From NCBI GenBank assembly GCA_965204375.1, contig OZ241986.1:3072001-3136000 (forward strand): a DNA stretch of 64,000 bases, in the 5' to 3' direction. A model generated the notes under the pieces. That model did not search any database, was not told the origin of the DNA, and saw only the letters and a program-made list of their open reading frames with translations. The position numbers and the translations under genes were made by a program. Origin of the DNA: Candidatus Latescibacterota bacterium (GTDB taxonomy: Bacteria > Latescibacterota > UBA2968). Shown piece by piece: positions 37,396 to 46,197 of the stretch (positions within the stretch are counted from its first letter, which is position 1; each line of letters starts with the position of its first letter).

Positions 37396-37483
37396 ATTTA
37401 AAGTTAACGAATATGTTACCAAAAACAAGCAAAATAACGCCAAATAGCCCTTGTTTCAATTCGTGTTAAACCTGTCCACCGCT

Positions 37484-38275
37484 TCATGAAATCAATGCAG
37501 CGACCGTTAGCCAGACCGGCAATCCCGCACGAGGATTCGTCCTCCAATCCAGCAACGATTCATCGGTTTCGGACGCATCATTGCTTCCTCGCCAAAAATC
37601 GGAATCTCGAGCCGGACTTTCGAGAACTTTCTTGACTATCAATCCAGCTTGTACCAGCGGATTGAGCAAGTCCGCCAGAGTCCAGTTAAACACATACGAT
37701 CCGTCTGCCTCTTGAAATGGCCCGGTTTCCCAATAAGGCTTCTCCATTTCAAGAGGCATGACCTGATCTTTCCATGGGCGCATGAAAGGATGAATGTCGT
37801 AAAAGATGTATGCTCCTCCTGGCTTCAGGATTCTCGAAACCTCGCAAAATATTCCGGAGAGATCAGCGATCCACACAAAAAAACCATTTGTCGAGCATAC
37901 GAGATCAAAACTCGAATCGGCCAGCGATTCCAAACAGGCAGCATCGGAACGCACAAAATCAATCGACACACCGAGCACTTTTGCACGATCAGCCGCCAGT
38001 CTCAATCGCTCCTCAGAGATGTCTGTTGAGGTAACCTTGGCACCCAGGCTCGCAAGTGCATAGGCTGCCATATTATCTCCGCTACCAATTACACACACCT
38101 GCTTATTGCGAAGCGTGCCTACCATCTCTCGGATTATGTTAAGTGTCCCACCTTCAAATGCCAATTCAGGTTCTTTATGACATCTGTGCCAAAGGCCATC
38201 GCGATTCAGGCGTTCCTCCCAATCCGCGGCCATATTGTTCCAGAGTTGGCGGTTGGCTTCGTGAATTTTAATCAT
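37484..38275 (-). CDS. Class I SAM-dependent methyltransferase
   Basis: VCVIGSGD, DIS, SFDLV and RILKPGG motifs. Confidence 0.88.
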   Translation of the reverse strand: MIKIHEANRQLWNNMAADWEERLNRDGLWHRCHKEPELAFEGGTLNIIREMVGTLRNKQVCVIGSGDNMAAYALASLGAKVTSTDISEERLRLAADRAKVLGVSIDFVRSDAACLESLADSSFDLVCSTNGFFVWIADLSGIFCEVSRILKPGGAYIFYDIHPFMRPWKDQVMPLEMEKPYWETGPFQEADGSYVFNWTLADLLNPLVQAGLIVKKVLESPARDSDFWRGSNDASETDESLLDWRTNPRAGLPVWLTVAALIS

Positions 38276-38356
38276 AAATTTCGACCTCTCAAGTATTAAA
38301 AATGACGCTTAACATTTCTCCAGTTGCAAAACGCTCACAGGCGGTGTGTATATTTC

Positions 38357-38800
38357 TCAAATCTTTCCTTCGTTGATCAAATCAATAGCAGGAGGACCGG
38401 TTTGTATCTTGTAATAGGTCCTTGTCTTGTCCGCAAAGTAATCCTTGATGCGCTCGACCTGCTTTGGGGACGTATTGCTCGGGATACGATCTAAATGAAA
38501 GTATTCGACCTGGTCCGCCTCATCGGTGAGTTGGATTGCGCCCCCTGTAACCTGGCAGAAGAATGACAATACGATCTCATTCTTATCTGGTTTACTATAC
38601 ACCCCGCTGAGATGGACGGGCACGGCGTTCAAACCCGTTTCTTCTTCTATCTCCCGCACCAGAGCATCCCACGGACTCTCGCCTGCCTCAACACCTCCAC
38701 CGGGCAAATTCCACAAATCGAAGTCGCGTCGGTGGCACAGCAAGACGCGATCTTTGTCATCGGTAATGATTCCAAAAACTCCGATTGTGAACACGGTCAA
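38357..38800 (-). CDS. NUDIX hydrolase
   Basis: Nudix box GGGVEAGESPWDALVREIEEETGL. Confidence 0.93.
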   Translation of the reverse strand: MTVFTIGVFGIITDDKDRVLLCHRRDFDLWNLPGGGVEAGESPWDALVREIEEETGLNAVPVHLSGVYSKPDKNEIVLSFFCQVTGGAIQLTDEADQVEYFHLDRIPSNTSPKQVERIKDYFADKTRTYYKIQTGPPAIDLINEGKI

Positions 38801-38818
38801 ATCCCTTTTTTGATATTA

Positions 38819-39355
38819 TTATTCAATGCTGTCTATTCCTTTGAAATCGAGATATAAACGACTGGGTTGAATACCCGTGTTATTTTGATACTTTCCACTT
38901 TCGTAAGTCTCAAAATCGCCATCCAGAGTATGGTAGTAAATTTGGCAGATTTCCACATTTGGATAGACCCGAACAGGCTGGATACAGAACATCTCTAAAG
39001 TCCAGTAGCCCGCAAAGCCCACATCACCGAAACCTGCGGTTATGTGTACAAACAACCCCAATCTACCCACAGATGACCGCCCCTCAAGCATAGGGACATA
39101 ATTATTCGTCCTGGTAAATTCTGCTGTTCGACCGAGATAGAGCGTTTGGGGTTGTAACTCGTACCCATCATCCGGAATCTGGATGGATCGCGTGCGATTG
39201 TTCTTTTTCATATCGAGAACACCATCCTCGTATATCATAAGTTCATTAGCGAGTGAAAGATTATAACTATTTGGATTGAGCCTGGCAGGATCAAACGGCT
39301 CAATAATGATGTCCTTTCCCATTCGCTCGTGGATCATTTTTCCCGATAAAATCAT
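38819..39355 (-). CDS. dcd: dCTP deaminase
   Basis: NPNSYNL, EGRSSVGRLG, AGFGDVGF.G..TLE, ICQI and GKYQ motifs. Confidence 0.9.
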   Translation of the reverse strand: MILSGKMIHERMGKDIIIEPFDPARLNPNSYNLSLANELMIYEDGVLDMKKNNRTRSIQIPDDGYELQPQTLYLGRTAEFTRTNNYVPMLEGRSSVGRLGLFVHITAGFGDVGFAGYWTLEMFCIQPVRVYPNVEICQIYYHTLDGDFETYESGKYQNNTGIQPSRLYLDFKGIDSIE

Positions 39356-39368
39356 TACGCCCCCCTGA

Positions 39369-39845
39369 CTATTCTACTTCAGGTAAATCTCTATACATAA
39401 TATGCATAGAGTCGGTAAATCCATGCTTTCTCCAAAATGAATATCCGACGGTATTCATAGAAGCTACGCGAAGTTCAACTCTGTCTATTCCCTGAGACCG
39501 AAACCAATCCAATATCTCTTTGAGTATCAACTCTCCAAGTCCCTTTCTCCTATGTTCAGAAGAAACAGCCAAATCTTCAATAGAGCCATGGGTTTGCTTG
39601 ATAAACACAGGAGGATAGTTCCTGATTCTCGCTATTCCAAAGCCCAATACCTTTGTATTCTCCACCGCCATAATCACAAGGGCATCCTCAAGCGCGATCA
39701 GTCTTTCCAGATTCTTATCCATGCTTTCTTCTGCACCCTCAGCCAGGGTATATCTCGAATCAAACGGAACATGAAAATCCATGAGTTCTTTCCAGATTTC
39801 CAGTATAGCGGGTATATCAGAATTCAAAGCCCTAACAACTTCCAT
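39369..39845 (-). CDS. GNAT N-acetyltransferase
   Basis: LAVSSEHRRKGLG and N...FW.K.GF motifs; start ATG 39845. Confidence 0.88.
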   Translation of the reverse strand: MEVVRALNSDIPAILEIWKELMDFHVPFDSRYTLAEGAEESMDKNLERLIALEDALVIMAVENTKVLGFGIARIRNYPPVFIKQTHGSIEDLAVSSEHRRKGLGELILKEILDWFRSQGIDRVELRVASMNTVGYSFWRKHGFTDSMHIMYRDLPEVE

Positions 39846-40677
39846 TTTCACCCTCACCAATATACGATGCGTCATTGACCATCTGCGTATATACTGCTGT
39901 TTTTGAAACCTCCGAAATCACAAAATCGAGAAAATCTATAGCCTCTTGTCTCGCATCTAATTCAATACTGTATTTCCACACCAGAGCATTTCCTACCAAA
40001 TCCCGCCATCTCTCTCCATAGTTCTCCTGCACCCATGACACAGCCATCTTCTTCGAGCCTACAACGGAGCAAATCACAGTATGCAGTATTCGACACAGAT
40101 TCAAAATAAAATACGCTTCATGGTGGCTATCCTTAAAATACGCTGGACTGGATTTTTTCGGCATCCATTCCTGAAACAAATCGCGAACGCATGCTTTTCG
40201 CACATCCTCAATATCAACCGGGGGCGACAGCTTTTTAAAGCTCGGACCAAATAGCGCGATGGAATGACCATAAAGAAAATACTTGTTAATTATCCATTCA
40301 TTCCCATAAGGTGCCTCCTCATAAAGGACACAGTCCCCACCCCAGTACCACGGTCGAGGTTCCGCTGGAGGCATAACGCATGGGAGCATATTGACAGGCG
40401 TATAAGAACACTCTAACCGCCGCGCCCATTTCTCGAATCTCCCTTCCATCTCTCTGTGCAAACGCCGAATTGAATCGAGTTCGCATCGAGAAACAGGTCG
40501 ATGCACAATCACCGTAACATCAATATCACTGCTATGGTAGTTAAACGCTCCATAGGACAACGAGCCAGTCAGATATATCCCGAGTACATTTCCCTCGAGA
40601 GCGGGAAAAACGTCTCTAACAAAAAAGTCTATGATCTCGTTTACATCGGGATACTTCGTAAGATTGCTTGTAATCAT
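39832..40677 (-). CDS. AadA/ANT-like nucleotidyltransferase with DUF4111 C-terminal domain
   Basis: GIYLTGSLSYG.F...SDID pol-beta motif; YFILNLCRILHT...SKK.A..W; start ATG 40677. Confidence 0.82.
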   Translation of the reverse strand: MITSNLTKYPDVNEIIDFFVRDVFPALEGNVLGIYLTGSLSYGAFNYHSSDIDVTVIVHRPVSRCELDSIRRLHREMEGRFEKWARRLECSYTPVNMLPCVMPPAEPRPWYWGGDCVLYEEAPYGNEWIINKYFLYGHSIALFGPSFKKLSPPVDIEDVRKACVRDLFQEWMPKKSSPAYFKDSHHEAYFILNLCRILHTVICSVVGSKKMAVSWVQENYGERWRDLVGNALVWKYSIELDARQEAIDFLDFVISEVSKTAVYTQMVNDASYIGEGENGSC

Positions 40678-40681
40678 AGAT

Positions 40682-41506
40682 TTATTTTGACCTATTCTCT
40701 TCCAACCAGCTAACCGTGAAATCCACGACATCGCGTTGTGGCATGAGTTGGCAACTTGCGAGACCAACCTTGCCCTGGCGCACAACTTTCTCCGCGCTCG
40801 ACCGCAAAAAATCCTCACCTATGCGATCAAAATCTGAACTATCGATGTCAACATCTTTAAAGGTAGCCCAAGCCCTTGAACCCGACGCAGAGATCGGGGC
40901 ACCCTCCTGCACAATGCGTTTGGTAGAAAAATTCGCTCGATATTCCGCGAGGTGCATAGACGTATTATTTTTATGCCCCACACCGAGAAGCAGGACAAAA
41001 CCGTGCAAATCGTAAATTCTCGCAAGCGGCGAATGCTCGCCCATGCCAAAAGACAGTGAATGATCATCCACGACATACGATGCTTGAGGTCCACATGCAC
41101 AAAATGAGTCCAGCGGATGTGAACTGCGGAGAACCCCTCTCTGCTTGCGAAATGTCTCCGCGATCATACCCATAGCACGAGTCGGCGTAATATCTGGATC
41201 ATAAGCTGGCATAGTCTCGCGTATCACCGGCCACCACGACTCGGGGACAGGAGGACTCTTCCAATTGCTCGGCTCACTCAGACCGGTTGAGTGCGCAGGC
41301 ATCACAAGCGTTCCAGTAGATCCCAGAACTTTCTGAAGCGCAATAACAACCGCCACGGCTCCTCCACACACCCACCCCATCGCGCTCAAAGACGAATGCA
41401 CCAACACGACCATCCCCGGTCTGACGCCAAGCGCGCGAAGATCTGTCTGCAACGATTCAATCGTAGCGGGCATTTTTGTTTTTTCAACAACCTTGCTTTC
41501 ACTCAT
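40682..41506 (-). CDS. AAC(3)/YokD-family N-acetyltransferase
   Basis: VLVHSSLS..GWV.GG, GTLVMP, RSSHP..S, SPLARIY and NTSMHLAE motifs. Confidence 0.9.
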   Translation of the reverse strand: MSESKVVEKTKMPATIESLQTDLRALGVRPGMVVLVHSSLSAMGWVCGGAVAVVIALQKVLGSTGTLVMPAHSTGLSEPSNWKSPPVPESWWPVIRETMPAYDPDITPTRAMGMIAETFRKQRGVLRSSHPLDSFCACGPQASYVVDDHSLSFGMGEHSPLARIYDLHGFVLLLGVGHKNNTSMHLAEYRANFSTKRIVQEGAPISASGSRAWATFKDVDIDSSDFDRIGEDFLRSSAEKVVRQGKVGLASCQLMPQRDVVDFTVSWLEENRSK

Positions 41507-41525
41507 TATTTCCCCAATGCGCCAC

Positions 41526-41870
41526 CTATTTCGCGGCAATCACAACCATCTCTACAAGTGTATCTCCCTCCAGATTGACCTCCACACAGGCGCGCTGGGG
41601 CCAATTGTCGGCACCTATCCAGGCGTCCCAAACCGCGTTCAGGATGGGTTTCTTTGACATATCTGTGATGTAGATCGTGACGGAAAGAAGACAAGACTTA
41701 TCGGTTCCAGCCTCGGCAAGATTCGCATCCAACTGTTCGAGCGCCTGTTGGGTCTGGCTCTTGAAATCTGCAGACACATCCGGTGCGGTGACAACCGTAT
41801 AGACGACGCCATTGTGTTCAACGGACTTGCTGCGACCAAATGCTTTTCCCGGATATCGTATGATAGTCAT
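41526..41870 (-). CDS. RidA/YjgF family protein (YoaB-like)
   Basis: QT.Q.L..LD..L..AG, N.VWD.W, PQRACV and VEM motifs. Confidence 0.9.
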   Translation of the reverse strand: MTIIRYPGKAFGRSKSVEHNGVVYTVVTAPDVSADFKSQTQQALEQLDANLAEAGTDKSCLLSVTIYITDMSKKPILNAVWDAWIGADNWPQRACVEVNLEGDTLVEMVVIAAK

Positions 41871-41875
41871 AAATG

Positions 41876-41945
41876 CTCCGATAGATAGCGTTTTTCAACA
41901 TAAATTTCACTGATCTTGTGACAATTCTATCAACAAGATGGTTTC
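41876..41945 (-). repeat. 70-bp reused leader, copy 2
   Basis: 57/70 identity to 34021-34090; supplies the SD GGAG for the RidA gene. Confidence 0.85.
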
Positions 41946-42122
41946 TGTGATGCACGCGATAAGTTTTTTGGGAAGGACCAGGATGACTGGCGATAACGGT
42001 CTGCGGATTGCCGAACCTGACCAAAAGATAAGAGAAAGGTAGAGTGGGTTGGGTAAGGAAAGGATTGGGAATGGGTGTATTACATCTCCTTCTGGTGCGT
42101 AATACCAGCCTCTTTCTCGTTT

Positions 42123-42857
42123 TTATTTTCGACAAATGATGAAATGTTCCATCCAGAAATGCCAGATATAATCTACGGAACGAAATCCCGCCTCTTTTAC
42201 CCACTCAACCTGAGAAGAAAAACGAGAAATCCGGTCTCTCTCCGGACTATCTTCATCTACCTGCTCGATAATCTCACGCACCCGATTCGCCTCTTCAATA
42301 TCAATCCCTGCCTCTTCGAACCTTTCCTCTCGGCGCAGAGTAAGCCGCCTTCGGCCCAACCTATAAACATCGTCGTCAAAGCGCGTGGACATGGCATCAA
42401 TTAAAAAGAACCAGCCACCCGTCTCAAGCGTATCATAAATCTGCCTGAATAGGCGAGCCTTATTCTCATCTGTAAGATGATGGATAGTCGAAAACGATGC
42501 AACAAACTGAAAGGACCCCAAACCTTCTGGCAGCCCCTCATTGAGGTCTCTCTGAAGAAACTCTACGCGATCTGCATGAGTGCCCATCTTCCGAGCCGCA
42601 AATTTCATCATCTCATCTGAAAAATCGATAGCGACACAGGTTGCTTTTGGATATTTCATCAGAACACAATTGAGAAATATACCCGTTCCACATCCCAAAT
42701 CGAGCATCCGAAATTCCGTCTGGTCATCAAACGGAATAAAATCCATAGCCAGACTGTGATAAAAGTCAAACATCTCAATCCGAACTGGTTGCAGGCGATC
42801 GTACGCCTCAGCACGGGTTGAGAATTGAACACTTTGAGATTTCTTTTTATTTCTCAT
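42123..42857 (-). CDS. Class I SAM-dependent methyltransferase
   Basis: MLDLGCGTG, IDFS..M, TIHHL and L..GGWF motifs. Confidence 0.9.
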   Translation of the reverse strand: MRNKKKSQSVQFSTRAEAYDRLQPVRIEMFDFYHSLAMDFIPFDDQTEFRMLDLGCGTGIFLNCVLMKYPKATCVAIDFSDEMMKFAARKMGTHADRVEFLQRDLNEGLPEGLGSFQFVASFSTIHHLTDENKARLFRQIYDTLETGGWFFLIDAMSTRFDDDVYRLGRRRLTLRREERFEEAGIDIEEANRVREIIEQVDEDSPERDRISRFSSQVEWVKEAGFRSVDYIWHFWMEHFIICRK

Positions 42858-42860
42858 CTT

Positions 42861-42923
42861 TTATCTCAATTCGACCCGAAGATTTTTTCGCACATCAGCG
42901 AGTGGTTGATAGTTTGCGGCCAT
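42861..42923 (-). pseudogene. Probable 5' gene stub (20 aa, MAANYQPLADVRKNLRVELR)
   Basis: ATG 42923 with an AGGGA SD overlaps the end of the upstream gene; the ORF stops 4 nt before the next start. Confidence 0.4.
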
Positions 42924-44253
42924 ATCTTTTCCCTATGGAAGCTGTGTTTGTGTTGACACAAACAGCATTATTGATAGCGTCAAGCGCCGATTTCACCTCA
43001 CACCACGGAACCTCATGAGGCAACCTGTCCGACAGAACGGCTCTGGCCGCACAAACCCCAGCGGCTTGGCCCATTGCCACGGCATTTCCAGTCACCCGGT
43101 AACTCGAATGCGCTATAAAATCGCCACTGATACAACGCCCCGCCATCAGCAAACCATCGACATCCCGCGCGATCAGCGCCCTGAGAGGGATATCATAGGG
43201 CTGGGACCGGTGCGGCTTGGCCTCCACGATCTTCGTTTTTTTCGGATCGGTCGAATGCACATCAATCCCCATCGTCACCCGGCAGACCGCATCCTCGAAC
43301 CGCGCACCCTGCAGAAGATCCTCCCCCGTTACCTCATACCGCCCGTGAATCCGCCGACCCTCTCGAATCCCAATCTGCGCGCCCGTTGACACCACGCGCA
43401 TATCCGACCATACACCGCCGTGCGCCCGCAAAGCAGCCACCTGTGTATGAACCTCTCGACGCGCGCGGATCATCGCCTCTGTAATCGCATTGGCATCATC
43501 GCATTGCACGCCGTACTGGTGATTCGCCATCAGCGCAAACAAATTGTCCCTGATCCGAAATAATGTCGGATGACCATAAGAAGGCGAAACACCGATCTCT
43601 TCCATCAACGCGAACAGCCGCTGCTTCGGCTCTGCCATAGACCCGCCCACGTAGGGTTCAATCTGATCGAACTGCAACCCCGTAATCAGCGCCATAAGAC
43701 TCATCGGCTGGACATCCCCAGTCTCCGGATGACCGACATCAAATCCACATCCGCAAAGCGCACCCAGATCACCGTCGCCAGTCGCATTGACAAAAGCCCT
43801 CGCGTGCCATGCTTCTCGTCCACTTTTGGACTCCGTAATCACAACCGAAAGCCTGTTCTCGCTATCCCGCGCTGCACCAACCACGCGCGTCAAAAGCCGA
43901 ACCTCGACACCCGCCTCGACACATATCTCGTCGAGAAGCAACTTCATCTCCTCGACATCATACGCATAGTTCTTACCACCCTGGGCGCGAAGCCTGCGCG
44001 CATCCCGCGCATCGAGCCGAGACGTAATCTCCGCCATAATGCCTGGCTTGTCCGCCGAATCGATAATCCAACTCAACGCACCCGTCGTCCACACACCCCC
44101 CAGACTGCCGTGCAACTCAATCAACCGCGTCCTGGCACCCTGCCGCGCACACGCAATCGCAGCGGCAATACCAGCCGGACCACCCCCGCAAACAACCACA
44201 TCCACATCTTCCACAATCGGAATGTCTCTTTCTTTTTCTTTATGAGTCAACAT
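42895..44253 (-). CDS. FAD-dependent oxidoreductase
   Basis: DVVVCGGGPAG, ATGDGDL, IREGRRI.G, GRCISG and GQAAG motifs; start ATG 44253. Confidence 0.9.
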   Translation of the reverse strand: MLTHKEKERDIPIVEDVDVVVCGGGPAGIAAAIACARQGARTRLIELHGSLGGVWTTGALSWIIDSADKPGIMAEITSRLDARDARRLRAQGGKNYAYDVEEMKLLLDEICVEAGVEVRLLTRVVGAARDSENRLSVVITESKSGREAWHARAFVNATGDGDLGALCGCGFDVGHPETGDVQPMSLMALITGLQFDQIEPYVGGSMAEPKQRLFALMEEIGVSPSYGHPTLFRIRDNLFALMANHQYGVQCDDANAITEAMIRARREVHTQVAALRAHGGVWSDMRVVSTGAQIGIREGRRIHGRYEVTGEDLLQGARFEDAVCRVTMGIDVHSTDPKKTKIVEAKPHRSQPYDIPLRALIARDVDGLLMAGRCISGDFIAHSSYRVTGNAVAMGQAAGVCAARAVLSDRLPHEVPWCEVKSALDAINNAVCVNTNTASIGKRYGRKLSTTR

Positions 44254-44266
44254 GGCAGCCTCCCAT

Positions 44267-46195
44267 TCAACTACAATACCTCTCCAACCACGACAACATC
44301 CTATCGAGATATTCCACATGCAGCGCCGGGTGTCCGCTCCTCCTGAACCCGTGAGACGACTTCGGAAAGCGCACAAACTCCACCGTCTTGCCCTGTCGTT
44401 TCAGCGCGACAAAAAACTGCTCGGCCTGCTCAATAGGACAGCGGTAGTCCTCCTCCCCGTGCATCAACAACACTGGCGTCTGCACCTCAGAAGCATACGT
44501 CAACGGCGACCGCTCCACAAGAGCTTCCACATTCTCCAGAACCGAACCCCGCCACTGATTCTCTCCGAAAGACACCCCGATATCCGACGTACCGTACATA
44601 CTGTGCAAATTGATACACGGAGCGCCGATCACCGCCGCCTTGAACCGATGATCGTGACCGACGATCCAGCTACTCATAAAACCGCCATAGCTATAGCCGT
44701 GAACCCCCAACCGGTCCGCATCCACATAGGGCCGCTCGCACAGCAGGTCAACCCCGGCCATCAAATCCAGAAAATCTTCCCCACCCCAATCCCCCAGCAC
44801 CATCTTCAGAAACTCCGGTCCATAAGACGACGACCCCCTCGGATTCACAGCCAGCACGATATAGCCCGCACCTGCCAGAACCTGATGCGTGACATCGTAC
44901 GAATCCGAGAACCGACCATTTGGTCCCCCGTGAATATCCAGCATCAGCGGATAGGACCTCGCCTCGTCGAAATCCTGGGGAAACAGCACCCGCGCCTGAA
45001 TCATCTCCCCACCCCGCTCGAACACCAGCTTCTCCACGCGCGCACCGGGATGCGCCTCCAAAAACCCGGCATTAACAGCCGTCACTGCGCGTTGACGCTT
45101 CTCTCCCACATCCATCACCACCACATCGCCCGGACAAACAGGCGAAGTCATCACCATCGCGACACACGCGCCCGAGCGGTCAACCGACAAACCCGTACAA
45201 ACCTGACCGCCCCCATCCACAACCTCGATTTGCAAAGACGGACCATCGGGATTCACCCGACACAAAAACGACTCACCTTCCCTGTCGCCGATAAACAAAA
45301 TCTCGCCCTTCGGCGTCCAGCACCGCGGCGCAAGAGGTTGCACAACCGTATAAACATCACCCGCCACACACACCGGCGCTTCATCTTCCCCAAGCACAAA
45401 CAACCACGACTGCCTTGAATCCCACACATCTGCATCCTGCGATCCCGCAACCACCAGCCGCTCTCCATCCGGCGACCAAGCCACGGACTCCGCGCGACTC
45501 AACCCATGCGACCAGCACTGCGATCTCCCACCCGTCTTGTCCATCACATGGACCGCTGAACCCCGCACAAAATCGCGTCCCTCGACGCAATCCGTCACAA
45601 ACGCAATGCGGCGCCCATCGGGCGACCACGCCGGCGCCCCGTAGTCACCTTCCCCATCTGTAATCTGCTCCGCCTCACCCGTTACGGCATCCACCAGAAA
45701 CAATTGCGAAAATGCGTCGCCTCGCCAGCCACCCTCGTCATCGCGATACCGCACGCGACGGGCGATCTGCGTCCTCGTCATCTTCTCCTCATCTTCTTCC
45801 ACGCGATCTGGATCCACGCGCGACACAACGACAAAAGCCGAACCATCGGGCGACCACGCCATATCCTTCACGCCATCGGGAAGCGTCGTCACCTGCCTCG
45901 CATCTCCGCCACCAACTGGCATCACCCAGACCTGCTTTTTATCATCCTCTCCCGAACGCAAAAACGCCAGACGCTTCCCATCTGCCGAAAGTCTGGGCGC
46001 ACTGTCCCCTGGCTCCTGCGCCACATCGACCGCATCCCCACTCTCAAGCGACTGAATCGCGATCCGCGACTCCCGCTTCATCGTCTCTTTGTTGATCTCT
46101 TGTCGCACGAAAACCACAGCCGACCCATCCGCCGCAATCTCCACTCCCGATACTTCGATCAAATTGTATATATGCTCGGGTTTAATTGGCGACAT
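44267..46195 (-). CDS. S9-family peptidase (dipeptidyl/acylaminoacyl peptidase)
   Basis: WSPDG propeller repeats; IHGGP; GYSYGG nucleophile; HGEEDYRC; SHG. Confidence 0.93.
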   Translation of the reverse strand: MSPIKPEHIYNLIEVSGVEIAADGSAVVFVRQEINKETMKRESRIAIQSLESGDAVDVAQEPGDSAPRLSADGKRLAFLRSGEDDKKQVWVMPVGGGDARQVTTLPDGVKDMAWSPDGSAFVVVSRVDPDRVEEDEEKMTRTQIARRVRYRDDEGGWRGDAFSQLFLVDAVTGEAEQITDGEGDYGAPAWSPDGRRIAFVTDCVEGRDFVRGSAVHVMDKTGGRSQCWSHGLSRAESVAWSPDGERLVVAGSQDADVWDSRQSWLFVLGEDEAPVCVAGDVYTVVQPLAPRCWTPKGEILFIGDREGESFLCRVNPDGPSLQIEVVDGGGQVCTGLSVDRSGACVAMVMTSPVCPGDVVVMDVGEKRQRAVTAVNAGFLEAHPGARVEKLVFERGGEMIQARVLFPQDFDEARSYPLMLDIHGGPNGRFSDSYDVTHQVLAGAGYIVLAVNPRGSSSYGPEFLKMVLGDWGGEDFLDLMAGVDLLCERPYVDADRLGVHGYSYGGFMSSWIVGHDHRFKAAVIGAPCINLHSMYGTSDIGVSFGENQWRGSVLENVEALVERSPLTYASEVQTPVLLMHGEEDYRCPIEQAEQFFVALKRQGKTVEFVRFPKSSHGFRRSGHPALHVEYLDRMLSWLERYCS

Positions 46196-46197
46196 AT

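Noticed and set aside
38276-38356. GTTAAGC (GTTRRRY) core-site-like sequence upstream of the methyltransferase, and GTTTAAC after its stop
   Set aside because: No matching complementary core site or attC stem with L boxes; isolated 7-mers are expected by chance. Not called attC.
38819-39355. dCTP deaminase as an anti-phage system
   Set aside because: It has the housekeeping dUTPase-fold motifs, not the kinase plus Zn-deaminase architecture of defence dCTP deaminases.
41818-42204. 128-aa minus-strand ORF spanning the spacer
   Set aside because: It overlaps both neighbours, has no SD or motif, and is better explained as spacer plus reused leader.
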